The notes under the pieces were generated by a model. It did not search any database. It saw nothing but the letters and a program-made list of their open reading frames with translations, and was not told the origin of the DNA. Shown one piece after another: positions 7,613-11,459 of a DNA stretch of 11,459 nt. This DNA comes from Chthonomonadales bacterium (GTDB lineage Bacteria; Armatimonadota; Chthonomonadetes; Chthonomonadales; Chthonomonadaceae): NCBI GenBank assembly GCA_038217285.1, contig JBBQPO010000204.1:1-11459 (forward strand). Direction: 5' to 3'. Positions within the stretch are counted from its first letter, which is position 1. Every line of letters begins with the position of its first letter. The translations under genes were made by a program, and so were the position numbers.

Positions 7613-8104
7613 TTGGCTCCCAGGCGAGGGGCGAAATATAGGTTCCTCACAAAGAAGATCGAGGCTGCGGCAGTGGCTTCGTCTCCGAGAACTCCTGAGG
7701 CGGTCATCCGACGGAGTCAATATGTGGAGGCTGTGAGTGGCGTTTTGCGGGATAGCCGAAGGACCACATTGCGGTTAGCAGAGGCGCATTATCTTATGAG
7801 GCTGTTGACTCCGATTTCCTCTATCACTCCACTGGGAAAACATGGTTCTGCTCCTAATACCGGGCGATACCCGGCTCCGCTTATGCAGGAGTATGACGCG
7901 CTGACAGACAAAAAACTGCGTCGTACAATAACGCCGCATGAGCGGATCCACCTCCAGGAAGTGCGGAACCAGATCGCAGCGATTGACGAGCAACGCCCCA
8001 AGCCGGATAATTGGGATATTCAATCCCAGAAATTAAGGCAGGAACTCGCGCAATTGCGAGCCGAGGTAGACGCCCTACCCGATGCGACGCCTATGCACAG
8101 ATGA
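7613..8104 (+). CDS. Hypothetical protein with a C-terminal helical/coiled-coil domain; start uncertain (TTG 7613, GTG 7673, GTG 7724, ATG 7796 or ATG 7883)
   Basis: The open frame fills the gap between TIGR04255 and the HNH gene. Its TGA (8102-8104) overlaps the HNH ATG (ATGA). The C-terminus is amphipathic: EYDALTDKKLRRTITPHERIHLQEVRNQIAAID...KLRQELAQLRAEVDAL. GTG 7724 has GGAG 7 nt upstream. Confidence 0.65.
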   Translation: MAPRRGAKYRFLTKKIEAAAVASSPRTPEAVIRRSQYVEAVSGVLRDSRRTTLRLAEAHYLMRLLTPISSITPLGKHGSAPNTGRYPAPLMQEYDALTDKKLRRTITPHERIHLQEVRNQIAAIDEQRPKPDNWDIQSQKLRQELAQLRAEVDALPDATPMHR

Positions 8105-8715
8105 TTTTCACGCGCAACCCGCCAGTACGCCGTTATCGGGATTACACAAGGTATCGACCGGCACTCCGGCGCGATTTCCAGAACCGATGTGCCTACTGCC
8201 TGAGTCATGAGTTTTTCATGGGCGGTGAGGCGGGTTTTGAGATCGACCACTACCGACCGCAAAACGGCACCTATCCCCGACCGGATCTTGTAACCGAATA
8301 CAGCAATCTCTACTGGTCATGTGGCGAATGTAACAGCAACAAAGGCGATATATGGCCTAGCCCTGAAGACGAGTCTCAGGGCCTTCGCTTTATCGATCCA
8401 TGCACCCCGGAGGGCGACCACGAGAAACATTGGCATTACCACCGCGATGGAACGCTGGAAGCTCTTACGCTCGCAGGTGAATTCACGGAAGAGAAATTAT
8501 TGCTTTGGCGCCCTTTTCTGCAAAACAGGAGGAGGCAACAGTTTGCCGATCAGGAAGAGGAGCAACAAATATCCGCCAAACTGAAAGACAAGGTTGTGGA
8601 CGCCGAAAGGCGCCTGGAACTTGAACAGCGGCTGTCCGAAATAAAAGAACGCTTAACTCCGCCTGCTTACGACCGTGCGCGCCGAGGCGAACGGTCAACC
8701 AAACCACGTAATTGA
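8101..8715 (+). CDS. Zn-binding HNH endonuclease (204 aa), resembling PtuB/retron-associated HNH effectors
   Basis: LRRDFQNRCAYC ... FEIDHYRP ... YSNLYWSCGECNSNKG ... FIDPC gives two CxxC pairs plus the DH/N/N catalytic residues. ATG 8101 is coupled to the upstream stop. Confidence 0.9.
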   Translation: MIFTRNPPVRRYRDYTRYRPALRRDFQNRCAYCLSHEFFMGGEAGFEIDHYRPQNGTYPRPDLVTEYSNLYWSCGECNSNKGDIWPSPEDESQGLRFIDPCTPEGDHEKHWHYHRDGTLEALTLAGEFTEEKLLLWRPFLQNRRRQQFADQEEEQQISAKLKDKVVDAERRLELEQRLSEIKERLTPPAYDRARRGERSTKPRN

Positions 8716-8794
8716 GTGAGTCCCGATAATAGTTCGACGGAGAAAGAGTGATGATTGCACCTTATTGAACTTACGCGAGGATGTAAAGCATCTT

Positions 8795-11356
8795 ATGATG
8801 ATCGAAGCGGACAATACAGAATTTGCTATAGGCCAGGTCGTCTGCTTACGTGCAGACCCATCCCTTCGCGGCCCTGTCATGGGGCTGTTGCCAGGTAAGC
8901 CTGAAAACCGATTTGACGTGTGGCTTAGTCATCGAAAAGAAACGTTCTATGCTAGCCAGCTATTTGCGTACGAGGAGATCGAGAAAAATCAGGTTCCACT
9001 TTCGATCAAAGAGTTCCAGGCAGTTCTTACGGCGCTCCTGATCAGCCATCCGTCCCTTGCTGCTCTCTACTCCCTGAACGCAGCGCGCGTAGACTTTATC
9101 CCGTACCAGTTCCGCCCTGTAATGAAATTCATACGGGCAGACCGGCCCCGCCTGCTTATCGCTGATGAGGTTGGTGTAGGAAAAACGATTGAGGCTGGAC
9201 TAATCCTGCGTGAACTGCAATCTCGAAGTGACCTGAATTCGGTCCTAATCATCTGCCCCAAGGCCCTCGTTGCAGAACGCAAATGGGAGCGTGAACTCAA
9301 GCGTTTCGATGAGGACTTCACGCCGCTTGATGGCGGATTGCTTCGGCATTGCTTGGAAGAAACGGATCTCGACGGCGTATGGCCAGGAAAGTATCAAAAG
9401 AGCATCCTGCCATTTTCCCTATTCGATAAGCGACTGCTTGAAGGGGCAGGTAAACGCGAAATCGGCTTAGAGAACCTTGACCCATTTCCTCAATTTGATC
9501 TGGTTATCGTGGATGAGGCTCACCACCTACGCAATTCCAGCACTTACCTTCATCGCGGTGTGAAGCGCTTTTGCCTTCAGGCTAAAGCACTTCTCTTGCT
9601 GACTGCGACGCCTATCCAACTCGGCAACATGGATCTCTATGTTCTGCTTAACTTACTGCGCCCTGACCTCATTTTGGATCAAGCCAGTTTCGAGGCGATG
9701 GCAGAGCCCAATGGCAGTATAAACTATGCTGTGGAAGCGGCGCGGACAGCAAAACCTTCGTGGGAACTGGAGGCCCTCACTGCGCTGGAAGCGGCAGCAT
9801 CCACCGGTTGGGGGGCACGTCTCCTGCGCGGTAAGCCAGAATTCGAGGATTTGTGTATTCAATTAGGAGCAGGCTCCTTAACGACGCCTGAGCGCATCCA
9901 ATTTATTCGGGGGGCAGAAGAACACCACACTTTCGCTACGCTGATCAACCGAACGAGACGCCGAGACATCGGCACGTTTACAACACGCAAGGCCGAGACC
10001 GTGGTGACGGAGTTCTCAGATACTCATCGGCTATTGCACAATGCGCTCCTGGCAGCGCAGGCGCGCATCCTCCAGCGAATACACGGTGACAAGGGGATTA
10101 TATTTATGATGACGACTCTGCGCCGCCAGGCTGCGAGTTGTCTTTTTGCTCTTGCGCCTTTAATCAGGACAATTCTGACTCGTCGTTTCGACGACGTGGA
10201 CTGGATCGAGCTTGATGGCGAAGAAGAAGCCCCTGTTGAAGCACATTATCAGACACTCTCAGCAGAGATCGAAAGTGTACTTCGCATGGCAGAGACACTT
10301 GATCCCTTTGACCCTAAATTGCAGTGACTGCTTACACTGGTACGTGACAAGCAAGCTTTACCGAATAACAAGATTATCTTGTTCAGCAGCTTCCGCCACA
10401 CGCTGAGCTACTTATTTACCCATCTTCAGCAGGAGAACATCCGCGTCGGATTAGTGCATGGTGGAATATCGGACACACAACGCTCGAATTTACGAGACCG
10501 CTTCAGCATGGATCGCGCAGACTACGACACCATCGATCTACTTCTTTCTTCAGAAGTCGGATGTGAAGGGCTAGATTACCAGTTTTGTGACTGTTTGATT
10601 AACTACGATCTGCCCTGGAATCCGATGCGCATAGAGCAAAGAATCGGACGGATTGACCGCTATGGGCAGAAGAGCGAGACTGTCGTCATTTATAATATGG
10701 TCACGCCTGGGACAGTGGATTATGATATTTACGACAGATGTCTGCTCCGGATCGGTATTTTCCGTCAGGCATTGGGGGGAAGCGAGGAAGTACTAGGCCG
10801 AATTACGCATGCACTTCGTAATATTGCGGAAAATATGGAGTTGACTGAAGAGGAACGCGAGGCAAGACTTCAGCAACTAGCAGACAACGAGATACGTCTC
10901 CTTCAGGAGCAAGAGCGGTTAGAAGAAGAGCAGGGAGAACTCTTCGGATTAATATTACCGCCGAAACAATTAGAGGCTGAAATCCTTAAGGCATCCAGCG
11001 TATGGCTCGCGCCAGGCGCGATGCAGAATCTCATCCAACGCTATTTGAGTAGTTCCTGCGGAGGGGACGATCATATTCTAGGACAACGACCGCTAAAGAC
11101 GCTGAGACTTGGACGTGACGGGCGCCAAACCCTGTTGGGCGAATTCCGAAAACTTCCCCGTAAAGTATCCTCACTATACCGTGATTGGGAGAAGTGGCTC
11201 AAGGGCGACGACCAACATTTACTAATCACCTTCGAAGCAGAATGTGCGATAGAGAACCGGTCGTGCCAGTTTATTATGCCGATCCACCCATTAGCTATAC
11301 AGGCATCGGCAGCTAGAAACGATGTGCCGCCCGTCTGTACATTCCGGCGAATTTGA
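8795..11356 (+). pseudogene. SNF2-family (RapA/HepA-, DrmD-like) helicase/ATPase with an internal in-frame TGA at 10325-10327 and a 3' end interrupted by an IS at about 11336
   Basis: ORFs 8765..10327 and 10379..11356 are in the same frame and read through as DPKLQ*LLTLVRDKQALPNNKIILFSSFRHTL. Motifs: PYQ, LLIADEVGVGKT (I), DEAHH (II), LTATP (III), SEVGCEGLDYQ (V), NYDLPWNPMRIEQRIGRIDRYGQ (VI). The last codons, CTFRRI*, come from the IS end. The start could also be TTG 8765 or ATG 8798. Confidence 0.82.
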
Positions 11357-11459
11357 ACACTGATTCCGTTTCAAAATGAACACTGAATCGCGTTCAAAAT
11401 GAACACTGATTCCGTTTCAATCTGAACGGTCTGGAGCGAAGCTACGCGGGTGATATATT
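11336..11459. mobile_element. Terminal region of a probable IS21-family insertion sequence (continues beyond the window)
   Basis: It begins 5'-TGTACATTCCGGCGAATTTGAACACTGATTCCG. A TG terminus followed by several tandem subterminal repeats is the known architecture of IS21-family ends, and it coincides with the abrupt end of the helicase frame. No transposase is in the window. Confidence 0.75.
11354..11427 (+). repeat. Three tandem 23-bp direct repeats plus a partial fourth (likely transposase-binding repeats)
   Basis: TGAACACTGATTCCGTTTCAAAA (11354), TGAACACTGAATCGCGTTCAAAA (11377), TGAACACTGATTCCGTTTCAATC (11400), TGAAC (11423). Confidence 0.92.

Larger units (their letters stand above)
6654..11459. 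other. Lower-GC accessory (defence-island-like) segment beginning just downstream of hslV
   Basis: Composition and codon usage shift visibly. Hand counts of single lines: 1741-1800 is 43/60 G+C and 10681-10740 is 24/60 G+C. The cargo is an HNH nuclease, an SNF2 helicase and an IS end. Confidence 0.7.

Noticed and set aside
7505-8100. ORF-track starts at 7505 (small protein) and 8011 (HNH)
   Set aside because: Both create overlaps of about 100 nt with the preceding genes. The ATGA junction at 8101 is the more plausible HNH start.
6654-8715. Retron or Septu system
   Set aside because: There is no reverse transcriptase or PtuA-like ABC ATPase in the window. The upstream dyad overlaps the promoter rather than flanking a transcribed msr-msd region.
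10325-10360. Selenocysteine or genetic-code reassignment at the helicase TGA
   Set aside because: The position is not a Cys-type catalytic site, only a weak downstream pairing is visible rather than a convincing SECIS, and TGA terminates other genes in the window.
8101-11356. Complete Zorya II, DISARM or BREX system
   Set aside because: The required partner genes (zorAB, drmABC/methylase, pglZ/brxC) are not seen in the window, although they cannot be excluded beyond the IS.
11354-11427. 23-bp repeats as a CRISPR array or iterons
   Set aside because: The units are head-to-tail with no spacers, and no cas or rep gene is present. The position just inside a TG terminus fits an IS21-type end better.

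Overview
The window has two parts. The high-GC host segment (about 1-6653, all + strand) holds the 3' part of a membrane-protein gene, a coupled DUF1800/DUF1501 pair, a hairpin-rich intergenic region with a likely terminator, a DUF1345-type membrane protein, a CBM48+GH13 glycogen-branching/trehalohydrolase-like enzyme, and hslV with no hslU after it. The lower-GC accessory segment (about 6654-end) starts with a perfect sigma70 promoter (TTGACA-N17-TATAAT) overlapped by a 10-bp inverted repeat. This drives a compact operon: TIGR04255-family protein, small helical protein and Zn-binding HNH endonuclease (ATGA-coupled). It is followed by a RapA/DrmD-like SNF2 helicase that carries one in-frame TGA and is cut off by what looks like an IS21-family element end. 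The TIGR04255/small protein/HNH (+/- SNF2) module is the best candidate for an undescribed defence or toxin-antitoxin(-chaperone) system. All family assignments come from motif recognition by eye; no searches were run.
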